Below, in pieces: positions 1 through 9,765 of a stretch of DNA of 24,661 nt; within the stretch, counting starts at the first letter, position 1; each line of letters begins with the position of its first letter. Source of the stretch: a virus (taxonomy: Duplodnaviria; Caudoviricetes). The translations under genes were made by a program, and so were the position numbers. Under the pieces are notes generated by a model. It ran no database searches and was not told the origin of the DNA. It saw only the letters and a list, made by a program, of their open reading frames with translations. The DNA lies in the IMG/VR virus record IMGVR_UViG_3300042988_001454, positions 1 to 24,661 of that record. One strand, 5' to 3'.

Positions 1-69
1 CAAGACTTTGAACCCAAAGATTTAAGCGTAATTGATGATGTATTAGAAGATTCAGGGGGTATGTGGTGA
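1..69 (+). CDS. 3' end of upstream late gene (partial; possibly tape measure protein)
   Basis: Open frame QDFEPKDLSVIDDVLEDSGGMW* ends at TGA 67-69 and overlaps the start of the next gene. Identity is guessed from position only. Confidence 0.45.
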   Translation, partial: QDFEPKDLSVIDDVLEDSGGMW

Positions 70-449
70 CGGTTTTAACGTTAGATAGCGTGAATTTACC
101 GCTCGATTTGGTTTGGGTTGATGAGTTTGACTGGACACCCACAGAACAGCATCAAGCGCGTAGTTTGTCGGGTGCGTTGGTTGTCGAAACCGCGCAAAAA
201 ACAGGCGGTAGACCGATCACCTTATCCGAAGGTTCTGAGCCTGTATTTGTTTTAAAGTCGGTTGTTGATGCACTGTTTGCATTGTTGTCAACAACTACTG
301 CAATGACACTCACATTACAAGACGGTCGGACCTTTAGCGTGATTTTTCGTCATGAGGACAAACCGATTGATGCCAAGCCAGTCGTCGATTATCAAATTAT
401 GGATGATTCTGATTATTACCACGCCACCATTAAACTTTTAACGATTTGA
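63..449 (+). CDS. Phage minor tail / distal-tail-like virion protein
   Basis: 128 aa with motif W.DEFDW.P..Q...RSLSGALVV......GRPITL, typical of small siphophage tail proteins after the tape measure gene. Confidence 0.65.
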   Translation: MVTVLTLDSVNLPLDLVWVDEFDWTPTEQHQARSLSGALVVETAQKTGGRPITLSEGSEPVFVLKSVVDALFALLSTTTAMTLTLQDGRTFSVIFRHEDKPIDAKPVVDYQIMDDSDYYHATIKLLTI

Positions 450-456
450 GGTTGCC

Positions 457-879
457 ATGTTTGGAATTGATGACGCAATAGCCGCTGGAAGTAATTTAAT
501 TACAACCATTGCCAACAAGATTGCACCCGATGCCAATATTGAAAAGCAGGGGAAAATAACCGCCGCGCTTACTGAAATGCAGAATCAGTATGCCTTGATT
601 TTTGCTCAATTGAAAATCAATGAAGTTGAAGCCGCTAATCCGCACTGGTTTGTTGCTGCTGCCCGTCCTGCTGCAATGTGGGTGGGTGTGCGGAGTCTTT
701 TTTACAGCGGATTAGGTATATCGTTATTAAGCTGGATAGCGTCCTGTTTTGGATTGCCGCCGTTACAGCCTATTGATAGTGGTGTTTCTACAGACATTTT
801 AATGGGCTTGTTAGGCTTAGGTGGTATGAGAACTTATGAAAAAACCAAAGGCGTAGACACTAAAGGAATGAAAAAATGA
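457..879 (+). CDS. Holin-like membrane protein (3TM / GTA-holin-like family)
   Basis: SD GAGG before ATG; motifs INEVEA...HWFVAAARPAAMWV and LMGLLGLGGMRTYEK; hydrophobic segments; basic C-terminus. Confidence 0.75.
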   Translation: MFGIDDAIAAGSNLITTIANKIAPDANIEKQGKITAALTEMQNQYALIFAQLKINEVEAANPHWFVAAARPAAMWVGVRSLFYSGLGISLLSWIASCFGLPPLQPIDSGVSTDILMGLLGLGGMRTYEKTKGVDTKGMKK

Positions 880-1022
880 GTATTCAAAAAATTGCTGTTC
901 AATGGAAAAAAATGTACTCGTATTGTTCAAAAAAAGAAGCCTACAGCGTAGCGCATTTTATTTTTAAAAATAGGGCTTTTTTGAAAGAGGATGAAAAAAA
1001 AGAGCTAGGAGTAATTAAATAA
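876..1022 (+). CDS. Small AT-rich hypothetical protein (48 aa, MSIQKIAVQWKKMY...ELGVIK)
   Basis: Read by hand; ATGA overlap with the holin stop and TAATG overlap with the next start, so it fills the gap exactly. Confidence 0.6.
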   Translation: MSIQKIAVQWKKMYSYCSKKEAYSVAHFIFKNRAFLKEDEKKELGVIK

Positions 1023-4000
1023 TGAGTATATTAGCTGGCGATTTGGTGATTCTATCCTCCGAAAACATGAACGATACGGACGAAGGCGGCGGCGCGGCCA
1101 CTGAAAATATCGTTATTGATGGTCAATCAAATAATATGTTTGATGATATTTCAACGCTGGATAGAACTTATGGAGCGGTCAATTTACGCAAAGTTTTTCC
1201 TGCGGTGCGCACGCAAGATGACGCTAAATTTTATGGATCACACGTTAATATTGTTAAATTGCCTGGCGATACAAAAATAGGTGTTAATCTTTTTAAAACA
1301 GGCGATCACTTTGATAAGCGGGTTGATGCGGCTAATCGGATTGAAAACTACCGTGCGCAAGGTGGAAAGTACCCTGCTTATTTATGGGGTACGCAATACG
1401 CGGGTGCGCAAGTCATTACCGTTTTTCAAGGTGAAAGCGCACAGATACCCTCCGCTGGCGATGTGTTGGTATTGGTTAAATATCCTAGTGAGCTACAGCA
1501 ATTTATCAGAATTTCAAACGTATCATCAACTCTGCAAACTTTTACCGACACCCAAGGGCAATTTACACGGCGTATTGTCGTGTTTGAAATTTCATCGCCT
1601 CTTGAAATGGATTTTTCAGGGATTGAAATAACCCGTTTTGATACCACTACGCCGCCCACGTCGATTTATAAAACCACGGTTGCCAACGCCGCCCGTTATT
1701 ATTCCGCGCGTCCGTTAGCGGTAGCTGGTGAAATTGGCGATATAAACGTAATGGTTGACACCGTGTATTCGCAAGTCGTGCCAAGTTCCCAAAGTCAAAC
1801 GCCATTGATTGATCTGAGTGCAGGTAGCAACGCCGCACCGTTAATTCATTCTGCCAGCGGTAACGTCACTATTAATATTCAACAGCAACTTTTAGAGTTG
1901 TATTTGGGTAGCAGTTGCACGCCTGGCACGCTGGCATTAACCGACCATTTTGGTAACGCTTATCATGACGTGGGCGGCTATGTGTTAGATGCCACGACCG
2001 CGAAAATTGGCGTGATTGATTACATGAGCGGTGTAATTACTTTTTTAAGCTCGTTTTATGCGGGTTCAGCAACCTATATGCCTGCTGTCGCTCCTTTAGT
2101 CATTGCCGATACCAGCTCGATAAAAGTCACTGACAATAACCGCTCGTTTGTTTGGACACTGAATATAGACCCACCGCCACAACCTGGGGCGTTGTCCGTG
2201 TCATACATGGCGATGGCAAGCTGGTATGAGCTACGCGATAACGGCACGGGTGCATTATTGGGACAAGTGGCAGGTATTGGTACAGGTTCAGTTAATTACA
2301 CAACGGGTTCTGTCAGTGTCACTTTTGCGGCGTTGCCAGATGTTGGCTCCGAAATTATTTTTGCCTGGGGTAAAAAAGTCGATTACATCAATCGTGCTGT
2401 CGATAGCGGCGGCGCGGCGATCACGGGCAAGCACATCATCACTAAACAGCTTGCGCATACAGGCATAGACCCTGCGTCATTTGATATTAGCTGGTTTGAA
2501 GAAAACGCCGCTGTCACACGTCACATTGGCAGTAATTCTGCGGGTGTTTTAACAGGTTTTGGCACGGGCAATTTAAACGTGTCTACAGGTCTGGTGACGT
2601 TTACGCCGTCCAATATTATCCCAGTTGGGACGGTATTTACGTTTGCTTATAACTACGGTGCAACGGGTACGGGTGCGGCGGTCGTCACCAAAACGCTCAC
2701 GGGTTTTGACATGACGGGTAATAACGTCGAGTTAAATTTAGGCGATACGGATATAGTTGCGGGTTCGTTATCTGTCGAATGGGCAGTGCCTTGGGGGTCG
2801 TCTGTTCCAACTAGTTTGCCTCCAGGGACTTATGCAGAATTACCTGTAATTGCCAGCGGTACGCAACAACAAGCCGACCGCGATAACGCGGCGGGTGGTT
2901 TTGTCGGTGGGCGTAGTGCAACGGTCAACTACACCACGGGTATTGTAGCGTTTGATTGGTCAATTGATTTGCCGTTAAAAATGCCGTTGTACAATAAATG
3001 GAAGCCAAACGGTGTCAGTGTTTTAGCCGCAAATTTTGCAGGTTATATCGATAAAAATGCCGATCTGGGCAATCCAACTGCTTTTATCGTGCGTTACCGT
3101 ATCACCAGCGGCGCGGCGTTAACCGCTGCAACAGAAACCCTGCAATACAACGCTGCCATTGTTGATTTAACGCCTGGTAGTAACGACACGATTGTGCCTG
3201 GTAGTGTGATGTTTGATTTTGGTAACAAACGTTATGTAGACCGCGCGGGGTCGTTGTTTTCGGACATTAACCCAACGACAGGGGCAGGTACTTATTCAGG
3301 CACGATTGATTATGGCACGGGCATTTGTAACATCACGGGTTATTCACTGATAAACAATATCTACACGTTTACGGTGTTATCTGCATTAAGCACAGCCAAT
3401 TTTAACCCTGTTGACGCGGTTACTTTCAGAACCGCCGTTGCTCCGATCAAACCATCGTCTTTCAGTATCCGCGCTGTGCAATTACACGGTGGCGATCAGG
3501 TCACCGCCACGGCAAATGAAGCGGGTGTGATTAGCACAAATGAAATGTTTGGCGAAATCAATCAGGAAACGGGCGTTGTTAAAGTGCGGTTTGGCAAAAT
3601 GGTCACAGCGGCGGGTAATGAGTCACAGCCTTGGTACGACCCTGATAATGTCGTATCAGGTCAAATATTTGAACCAAAGCCTGTACTAGCCAGTACTATC
3701 GTTTATAACGCCGTCTCATTTACTTTCATTCCGCTCGATAAAGATATTTTAGGGCTGGATTCGGTCCGTTTACCTGTTGACGGTCGCATACCCGTGTATC
3801 GAAAAGGTGATGTCGTTGTAGTGTTAAACGATCAAACGCATACAGGCACATACACAAGCAGTACAACAACCAACTTGGGGCGGGTACGTTTGGCAAAGGT
3901 GACGGTTAAAGATTTGGGCGGTACGCTGTTAAACGCCGCTAAATGGTCGGTGGATTTGGATACAGGCGTTATTACATGGGGGGATTTGTCGGGTGTGTCA

Positions 4001-4597
4001 CAACCGCTCACAATCACAGATAGAATTGAGGACATGGCGGTGGTTGCCGATGTAGAAATCACGGGCAAAGTTAAGTTATCAGAACCGCTATCTCATGACT
4101 TTCCAGCCACGTCTACGCTTGTATCAAATGCCGTGGTTTATGGTGATTTATTCGCCTACACCTCAACGCCATTCGATCAACAAACCTGGGTTAATACTTG
4201 GTTAGATTATGCCTATGGCAACACCGTACCAGCCGAATACAACCATGCAGTGCATCCGATCACAGTCACAAATCTAGGTGCGATTGAACAACGTTGGGCA
4301 ATTATTTTTGTTACCAGCTCCACATTTAATGTGGTTGGCGAACACGTCGGACAAATCGTATCAGGGCATTCAATCGCTACCGATTTAGAACCGATTAATC
4401 CAGGCAACAACGACCCATATTTTACGCTAGACGCGGCGGGATGGGGTGCTGGTTGGAGTGCTGGCAATGTGTTACGTTTTAATACCTACGCCGCAAAAGC
4501 TCCGCTTTGGGTGGTGCAATCGATAGGGCAAGGCGACCCGACTGATACAGATTATGGGTTTTGCTTAGAGCTGAGGGGCGACGTAGATAGCGTATGA
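1022..4597 (+). CDS. Large tail tip / baseplate-region virion structural protein (1191 aa)
   Basis: SD AGGAG; N-terminal GGGA.T...I.DG.SNN.F.DIS.LDR.YG.V.LRKVF motif; repeated G.G.(V/I)(N/D)Y.TG beta motifs; tail-operon context. Confidence 0.8.
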   Translation: MSILAGDLVILSSENMNDTDEGGGAATENIVIDGQSNNMFDDISTLDRTYGAVNLRKVFPAVRTQDDAKFYGSHVNIVKLPGDTKIGVNLFKTGDHFDKRVDAANRIENYRAQGGKYPAYLWGTQYAGAQVITVFQGESAQIPSAGDVLVLVKYPSELQQFIRISNVSSTLQTFTDTQGQFTRRIVVFEISSPLEMDFSGIEITRFDTTTPPTSIYKTTVANAARYYSARPLAVAGEIGDINVMVDTVYSQVVPSSQSQTPLIDLSAGSNAAPLIHSASGNVTINIQQQLLELYLGSSCTPGTLALTDHFGNAYHDVGGYVLDATTAKIGVIDYMSGVITFLSSFYAGSATYMPAVAPLVIADTSSIKVTDNNRSFVWTLNIDPPPQPGALSVSYMAMASWYELRDNGTGALLGQVAGIGTGSVNYTTGSVSVTFAALPDVGSEIIFAWGKKVDYINRAVDSGGAAITGKHIITKQLAHTGIDPASFDISWFEENAAVTRHIGSNSAGVLTGFGTGNLNVSTGLVTFTPSNIIPVGTVFTFAYNYGATGTGAAVVTKTLTGFDMTGNNVELNLGDTDIVAGSLSVEWAVPWGSSVPTSLPPGTYAELPVIASGTQQQADRDNAAGGFVGGRSATVNYTTGIVAFDWSIDLPLKMPLYNKWKPNGVSVLAANFAGYIDKNADLGNPTAFIVRYRITSGAALTAATETLQYNAAIVDLTPGSNDTIVPGSVMFDFGNKRYVDRAGSLFSDINPTTGAGTYSGTIDYGTGICNITGYSLINNIYTFTVLSALSTANFNPVDAVTFRTAVAPIKPSSFSIRAVQLHGGDQVTATANEAGVISTNEMFGEINQETGVVKVRFGKMVTAAGNESQPWYDPDNVVSGQIFEPKPVLASTIVYNAVSFTFIPLDKDILGLDSVRLPVDGRIPVYRKGDVVVVLNDQTHTGTYTSSTTTNLGRVRLAKVTVKDLGGTLLNAAKWSVDLDTGVITWGDLSGVSQPLTITDRIEDMAVVADVEITGKVKLSEPLSHDFPATSTLVSNAVVYGDLFAYTSTPFDQQTWVNTWLDYAYGNTVPAEYNHAVHPITVTNLGAIEQRWAIIFVTSSTFNVVGEHVGQIVSGHSIATDLEPINPGNNDPYFTLDAAGWGAGWSAGNVLRFNTYAAKAPLWVVQSIGQGDPTDTDYGFCLELRGDVDSV

Positions 4598-5013
4598 CTG
4601 CAAAACTAACCCTATCAACCGCCGTTCGTAACGCACGCTCCGAAGCACTAAAAAACCAGATTGATTCGGCAAGCGATGCGGGTTCAATCCTGTTTTACAC
4701 GTTACCGTTGCCAGCCACAACAGGGGCGGCGATTACGACGCAAGTTTTGATTGCTGAATGTCAGTTATCAAAGCCGTGCGGGTCTGTATCGGCTGGAAAA
4801 CTGACTTTTGCTGTCATTAATCCAGATTTGACGGCGAATAACACGGGCATTATTGCCTTTGGTCGATTGGTTGATGGCGATGGTAATTTCATCGGCGATG
4901 GTAGCGCGGGGCTTGCGGGTAGTAGCGAGTTTTTTAAATTCAATAAATTGGACGCGCTGGCGGGTGGTATTGTGCGCATTCTGAGTGCTGAGATTGTTGA
5001 GGGGAATGCTTGA
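4594..5013 (+). CDS. Virion structural (tail-associated) protein
   Basis: 139 aa, ATGA-coupled, Gly/Ala-rich beta-type composition, tail-operon context. Confidence 0.65.
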   Translation: MTAKLTLSTAVRNARSEALKNQIDSASDAGSILFYTLPLPATTGAAITTQVLIAECQLSKPCGSVSAGKLTFAVINPDLTANNTGIIAFGRLVDGDGNFIGDGSAGLAGSSEFFKFNKLDALAGGIVRILSAEIVEGNA

Positions 5014-5237
5014 TGACTATTGATAAAATTCTTTGTATCTTTATTGTTTTGATAGCTTTATTTGCTGTATTCGCACCTATTTTAGGCTTAGTAGAAGCTA
5101 GACAACCTGGACAAGATATTAAAATATTCATGGACGGTATTAAGTACGGAAAAGACCCACGGCGCGGCGTGTGTTATGCAATCAATCCGAATTACGGGTA
5201 TGTTTTTACCTATATTCCATGTGAAATTCAAAAATAG
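5010..5237 (+). CDS. Small membrane-anchored hypothetical protein
   Basis: N-terminal hydrophobic helix, two C-terminal Cys, AT-rich, overlaps the upstream stop. Confidence 0.6.
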   Translation: MMTIDKILCIFIVLIALFAVFAPILGLVEARQPGQDIKIFMDGIKYGKDPRRGVCYAINPNYGYVFTYIPCEIQK

Positions 5238-5246
5238 GATTAACCG

Positions 5247-5414
5247 ATGATTAAATTATTAAAGGCAGCTATTGCTACCACATTAACTCCAGTTGCGATT
5301 ATTGCTGATATTGCAACTTTACCATCGTCCGCATACAACAATAAGCATCCTTTTCAAAAAACTAAAGAAATGATTAATATTGTTAATGACAACGTTAAAA
5401 AAACCATAATGTAG
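5247..5414 (+). CDS. Small hypothetical protein (55 aa, MIKLLKAAIATTLTPVAIIADIATLP...)
   Basis: Read by hand; SD AGGA upstream; fills the gap between neighbours. Confidence 0.6.
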   Translation: MIKLLKAAIATTLTPVAIIADIATLPSSAYNNKHPFQKTKEMINIVNDNVKKTIM

Positions 5415-5415
5415 T

Positions 5416-5895
5416 ATGGTCAATACACTAACCATTATCGATGAAATCCCTGCGGTTTCATTTACCTGCCGTGCGCACAGGCTCAGTGATGGCGTGCTGG
5501 TAGGTGAAATTATTACCACGTCACCCACTGCCGATATTCCATGCCTTTCAAACGACCCTGTTTATGTCGTCGTCATACCCAATCAAGGCGAACGCTACCG
5601 ATCCATGCACGCGTATAGCGTTGGCGATCTGGTTTTTCCTGCTGATGTGATTACCACGCCTTATTATTACCAGTGCATTAATGCAGTCACCAGCGGATCA
5701 AGTGAGCCAACATGGGCAACGGTAGCAGGTAATTATTGCGATGATAACGGCGTAACCGACGCTTGGTTATGTGTTGAGTTATCACAGCCTGCTATTCAAT
5801 GTTATATGACGCTCACACCTGAATCATGGGGCGGCGGCTTGGTGTGGGATGGTGGCAAGTCGATCTGGGATTCTAAAATAGCAAATTGGACTTAA
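5416..5895 (+). CDS. Tail-associated protein with carbohydrate-binding-like motif
   Basis: YSVGDLVFP...YYYQC..AVTSGSSEPTW motif seen in phage tail proteins; tail-operon context. Confidence 0.6.
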   Translation: MVNTLTIIDEIPAVSFTCRAHRLSDGVLVGEIITTSPTADIPCLSNDPVYVVVIPNQGERYRSMHAYSVGDLVFPADVITTPYYYQCINAVTSGSSEPTWATVAGNYCDDNGVTDAWLCVELSQPAIQCYMTLTPESWGGGLVWDGGKSIWDSKIANWT

Positions 5896-5898
5896 AAC

Positions 5899-6882
5899 AT
5901 GACTTCAAGTATTGATACATCTCTAATCGATTCATCCAAACCCGAAGAGGGCAATCCCACAACCGCGTCGGTGCGCTCAAATGTCTTGTATATCAAAGCT
6001 GCGTTAAATTCGGCAAAAGCAGAAATTGAAACGCTACAAACTGATGTTTCATCCCTCAATTCAGCAATGCGCTATATGGGCGGCTGGGATGCAAGCGCGG
6101 GTACATTCCCAAGCGGTGCGCAAAAAGGCTATGTGTACTCGGTTTCGGTAGCGGGTACAGTTGACGGCGTGGCGTTTGATATTACTGACCGTATCAACTG
6201 CATTGTCAACAGCGCAAGTACAACCGTTTACGCTGGCAACTGGTTAAAAGAAGATTATACCGACCGCGTATTGTCTGTATTTGGACGCACGGGGGATATT
6301 ACTGCCACAACTGATGATATTCCAGAAACCAGTAATAAAAAGTATATGACGGCTGCTGAAAAATCACTTTTGGCAGGTACGTCTGGAACAAATACAGGTG
6401 ATGAAACTAGCACAACGATAAAATCAAAAATTGGTGTTTTGCCAATTGCCAATGGTGGCACGGGTGTCAGTGCAAAAGCCGCTTGGAGTGCATGGACTCC
6501 TACTATTTCTGGGTTTACGCTTGGCAATGGCACAATGGCGGGCAAATATTATGAAGACCCACTTAGTAAAACGGTGTTTTTCTCTCTTGATATAACCTGC
6601 GGAACATCGACGGTACTTAGCGGGACTCTAAATATACCCTATCCTATCTCGCCACAATCACGAGCGGCATTTTCCCCCGTTGGTAATGGGCATTTTAGGG
6701 CTGGGTCTGGTGGTACATCATACCCGCTTATTGTCGTGTATATAGACACAGCTGCAATGCGTGTACAGTATCAGACTATCGTATCGTCAATTGTTACAGC
6801 TACAGGTGTGACATCAACAGCTCCAGCAACGCTGGCAAACGGCTACACAATCTCTCTCACAGGTTTTTTTGAAGCTGCTTAA
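5899..6882 (+). CDS. Tail fiber / putative receptor-binding protein
   Basis: N-terminal coiled coil; YMGGWDAS and VLSVFGRTG motifs; VLPIANGGTG fiber repeat; beta-rich C-terminal head ending ISLTGFFEA. Confidence 0.7.
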   Translation: MTSSIDTSLIDSSKPEEGNPTTASVRSNVLYIKAALNSAKAEIETLQTDVSSLNSAMRYMGGWDASAGTFPSGAQKGYVYSVSVAGTVDGVAFDITDRINCIVNSASTTVYAGNWLKEDYTDRVLSVFGRTGDITATTDDIPETSNKKYMTAAEKSLLAGTSGTNTGDETSTTIKSKIGVLPIANGGTGVSAKAAWSAWTPTISGFTLGNGTMAGKYYEDPLSKTVFFSLDITCGTSTVLSGTLNIPYPISPQSRAAFSPVGNGHFRAGSGGTSYPLIVVYIDTAAMRVQYQTIVSSIVTATGVTSTAPATLANGYTISLTGFFEAA

Positions 6883-8790
6883 ATGCTCACGTTCACTTTC
6901 CAGCCAATCCACTACCGCCCAAGCCTCACATTTGAATTCAGACAACCTGGGCTATATTGCACTGCCAGCGTCGTTTTAGATGACGCGGTAGGTTCTGCTG
7001 AGTGCGAATTTGATGTAAACATTCTGCGAAAATTAACAGCCAGCGCACTCATTAACTACGAACAGGGGCAGGCTGTTACTGATAATCTACATATCATCAC
7101 TCAACAAGCGCAATTCAACAGCGCAAGCGTACTCTGTGAACATCAAAACGGGCAGTTAATCATTGTCGATACGGTCTCTGACTTGCAGCAAATGGCATTA
7201 ACGCGCATTGAGCATCACACAGCGCAACAACAAGCCGCGTTATTAATCCAGCGATTCTGTAGCTTGCTGAATATCAGTGTGCTAATCAATCGCCATTTTT
7301 GCTTTACTGAGCAAGACGGCGTGCTACTCAGTAACAGCATTCAATCTGTGCAAGATGTGCTGGAATTTATCACTACACAAACTCACGACAACAAGCAGCA
7401 AGCATTACAACAACTGGTCAAACTGTGCATCAATACGCCTTACAGCCTGTTTTTATCCAAACGGTTTTGCGATCTGAAGCAACAAGCCAAACCGCCGCCG
7501 TTTGGGAAAAGCCCACACATTGATAGACCACGTCCACCGCCAGAACCACAACCGCCCGATCACGTTACCATCACCATTCCCACAAAAGAGGCATACACCG
7601 TGCAACACGTCATTGAGGTTAAAACCGTGATTGGCAATCATCCTGTGCCACTGTCAAAAATCAGTCTGAATTACGATGTTGATGCGTTCTGTTGGTCATT
7701 TAGCGGCGTATTAGCTGATAAAAACGCGCTGTCATTGGTGATTATGAATAACGACACGCCTATTCAGCTATCGATCACGATCAATGGTCACAACTGGATT
7801 GTTTTAGTCGAAAAAATCCCTGAAACCCGTCGTTTTGCACAAACTGACATAACGCTACAAGGGCGGTCATTATCCGCGCTATTAGGTGCGCCTTATCAAA
7901 TGTTATCCAGTTACACCGCTGGCAGTGATATGACAGTGCAACAAATAGCCGACTCTTTATTGCCTTTTGGCTGGTCTATCGATTGGCAATGCGCAACGCC
8001 CTGGCTTATCCCTGCCAACACTTACAGCTACACCCAACAAACACGCCTGCAAGCGTTGGCAAAACTTGCGCAAGACATAGGCGCGGTGCTGTTACCCAGT
8101 CCAAACGAGCAAGTTTTAACAATCCAGCCACGTTATCCAACCCTGCCTTGGAATTACTACACGCCTGGCATTGATGCCGATCTGGTCATTCCTGACGATG
8201 CTATTGAATCCATCGGCGTAGAATCTCGCACCCAGTCACCTATTAATGCCGTGTATGTACATGGCGATCAAAACGGCGTGCTGGCATGGTGTCGATTAAA
8301 TGGCACGGCTGGCGATGTATTGGCTCCGACAGAAAGCAATGCACTGATAACCGATGTGACCGCCGCGCGTGCGTTAGGCGAAAGAATACTGGCAGGGCAT
8401 AGCACACAGCCTGTAACCACAAGCCTAACAACTTGGCTGGGTGGTGATTTTCCACTGGCTAGAATCGGCTGGTTACTGGAAGCCAACAGCGAACGGGCAA
8501 TCATCAACAGCGTAGCGATAAGCGTCGAACTGGGCAAAGTAAGACAAACCATAGGCGTAGGTGAAAACACAACGAACCCCTACTCAAAACTGCTGAATTT
8601 ATTACCCGCGCAACCTTTGCTAGTTGGCGAATTGGTCTCAAGTTTTGATGGCAAATCGATCTTAACTTTGTTAGATGGCGGGGTAATAACAGCGCGGGGT
8701 AATGGTACGGTAGGGCTTAAATATTATGTGCGCAACGGATTGATAGAATCCGTTGCGCCTGATTTAGCGTTGAGTGAGATTGTTGTTTAA
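6883..8790 (+). CDS. Tail hub / baseplate-like structural protein (635 aa)
   Basis: Gln-rich N-terminal region, Pro-rich linker, C-terminal part with hub-like motifs (CWSFSG, LQGRSLSALL, QPRYP..PW); last gene of the late operon. Confidence 0.7.
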   Translation: MLTFTFQPIHYRPSLTFEFRQPGLYCTASVVLDDAVGSAECEFDVNILRKLTASALINYEQGQAVTDNLHIITQQAQFNSASVLCEHQNGQLIIVDTVSDLQQMALTRIEHHTAQQQAALLIQRFCSLLNISVLINRHFCFTEQDGVLLSNSIQSVQDVLEFITTQTHDNKQQALQQLVKLCINTPYSLFLSKRFCDLKQQAKPPPFGKSPHIDRPRPPPEPQPPDHVTITIPTKEAYTVQHVIEVKTVIGNHPVPLSKISLNYDVDAFCWSFSGVLADKNALSLVIMNNDTPIQLSITINGHNWIVLVEKIPETRRFAQTDITLQGRSLSALLGAPYQMLSSYTAGSDMTVQQIADSLLPFGWSIDWQCATPWLIPANTYSYTQQTRLQALAKLAQDIGAVLLPSPNEQVLTIQPRYPTLPWNYYTPGIDADLVIPDDAIESIGVESRTQSPINAVYVHGDQNGVLAWCRLNGTAGDVLAPTESNALITDVTAARALGERILAGHSTQPVTTSLTTWLGGDFPLARIGWLLEANSERAIINSVAISVELGKVRQTIGVGENTTNPYSKLLNLLPAQPLLVGELVSSFDGKSILTLLDGGVITARGNGTVGLKYYVRNGLIESVAPDLALSEIVV

Positions 8791-9536
8791 ACAGCTGTGT
8801 TTTTTTCGTCGAGTTGTTTAATGATGTCTTGCCAGTCCACTTTACCAACTAATTTTAGATTAAAGCGTTCAAAGAATTTGCGTTTTAGTACGCCTGTGAA
8901 CGGGACGTTATCGCCTAAAACGGTTTTGCAAAACAATTCTTGCACATCTATTAGCCCGTCCGTAAAACTAGCTACATCGTCTTTTTTACTTTTGATGTGC
9001 AATAACGCCGCGTCAAAGTGTTTGGCTGGCAGGTACTCCAGGCTGTCAATCTGATAAATGCCACGCAAACCGTTGACTAGCCAGACTATCGCGCTTTGAC
9101 TGCGTGGCATGAGGAAACATGCGTCTCGACAGGCTTGGTAAAGTTGTTCTTTTTGTTTGGCTGTGATTAAGTCATGCTTGTCGGTTTTGTGGTAGTAGCC
9201 ATTTTTACGGATGCTAGGTAATACGTCATTAAAGACCCAATTTTGAAACTGCTTGGCTTCAGTTTTGTTACTGCGAAAAATGACGCGGTAAAGGTTGGGT
9301 TCGGAGATAAATATCATTTCTTGGTTGCCGCCATTCGAGGGGGTAGCATATTTTTCTACCCCTTTGTCATCCATTTGAAAACGGCTAACTGGGCGGTTCT
9401 GGTCAAGGTCAAGAATCTTGCAAACATCACGCAGGCAAAACCAAGGCTCATTGTCGATGATGATAACGCGAACTTGATAATTCTGATTGAATTGAAAAAC
9501 GGTAGGCGCGGTTGCGCTAGGAATTTGAGTATTCAT
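8787..9536 (-). CDS. Bro-N domain antirepressor-like protein
   Basis: Bro-N motifs VRVIIIDNEPWFCLRDVCKIL, ISEPNLYRVIFRSNK.EAKQFQNWVFNDVLPSIRKNGYY. Start placed at ATG 9536, directly after the C4 target box, rather than 9587. Confidence 0.88.
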   Translation of the reverse strand: MNTQIPSATAPTVFQFNQNYQVRVIIIDNEPWFCLRDVCKILDLDQNRPVSRFQMDDKGVEKYATPSNGGNQEMIFISEPNLYRVIFRSNKTEAKQFQNWVFNDVLPSIRKNGYYHKTDKHDLITAKQKEQLYQACRDACFLMPRSQSAIVWLVNGLRGIYQIDSLEYLPAKHFDAALLHIKSKKDDVASFTDGLIDVQELFCKTVLGDNVPFTGVLKRKFFERFNLKLVGKVDWQDIIKQLDEKNTAV

Positions 9537-9540
9537 GATT

Positions 9541-9585
9541 GCGACTCGGATAAAGTTTAAAACCAATCTCCGAACGATGCCAATC
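9541..9585 (-). promoter_or_regulatory. Downstream C4 target boxes (a2/b2)
   Basis: GATTGGCATC (9585-9576) and GAGTCGC (9547-9541), the latter 4 nt before the Bro-N ATG. Confidence 0.75.
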
Positions 9586-9589
9586 ATTG

Positions 9590-9665
9590 GGAGATAGACT
9601 GAACGAGGTTGGCATACTGGAGTCGCGTCCAGCGAGCGTTTCCGCTCCCCCGCTCAGCCCATCAT
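9590..9665 (-). ncRNA. C4-type antisense RNA (P1 C4 / P4 CI family)
   Basis: Minus strand folds into an outer stem GAUGGGCUGAGCGGGGG / CCUCGUUCAGUCUAUC, a GAGCG-GAAA-CGCUC hairpin, a CUGGA-CGCGAC-UCCAG hairpin and a single-stranded UAUGCCAA bulge. Both single-stranded parts are complementary to boxes repeated up- and downstream. Confidence 0.85.
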
Positions 9666-9689
9666 AATGAAAGGTAAAGCTATAGGCAC

Positions 9690-9712
9690 AAAAAAACCGC
9701 TCGAATGCGGCT
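9690..9712 (-). terminator. Intrinsic terminator / attenuator between the upstream target boxes and the C4 RNA
   Basis: Minus strand AGCCGC-ATTCGA-GCGGTT followed by a T tract. Confidence 0.7.
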
Positions 9713-9716
9713 ATGC

Positions 9717-9738
9717 CGCGACATTCAGGATGCCAATC
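9717..9738 (-). promoter_or_regulatory. Upstream C4 target boxes (a1/b1)
   Basis: GATTGGCATC (9738-9729, identical to 9585-9576) and GTCGCG (9722-9717). Confidence 0.75.
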
Positions 9739-9765
9739 CCGACCACCAATGTTGGCAGTGGTTTA

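Noticed and set aside
5899-6882. Diversity-generating retroelement or invertible tail-fiber cassette
   Set aside because: No reverse transcriptase, no second copy of the fiber 3' end and no invertase in the window. The int-tail repeat differs at synonymous sites, not specifically at adenines of one template.
9590-9665. tRNA gene
   Set aside because: Cloverleaf-like, but no T-loop GTTC motif or CCA end; loop-target complementarity fits a C4-type RNA.
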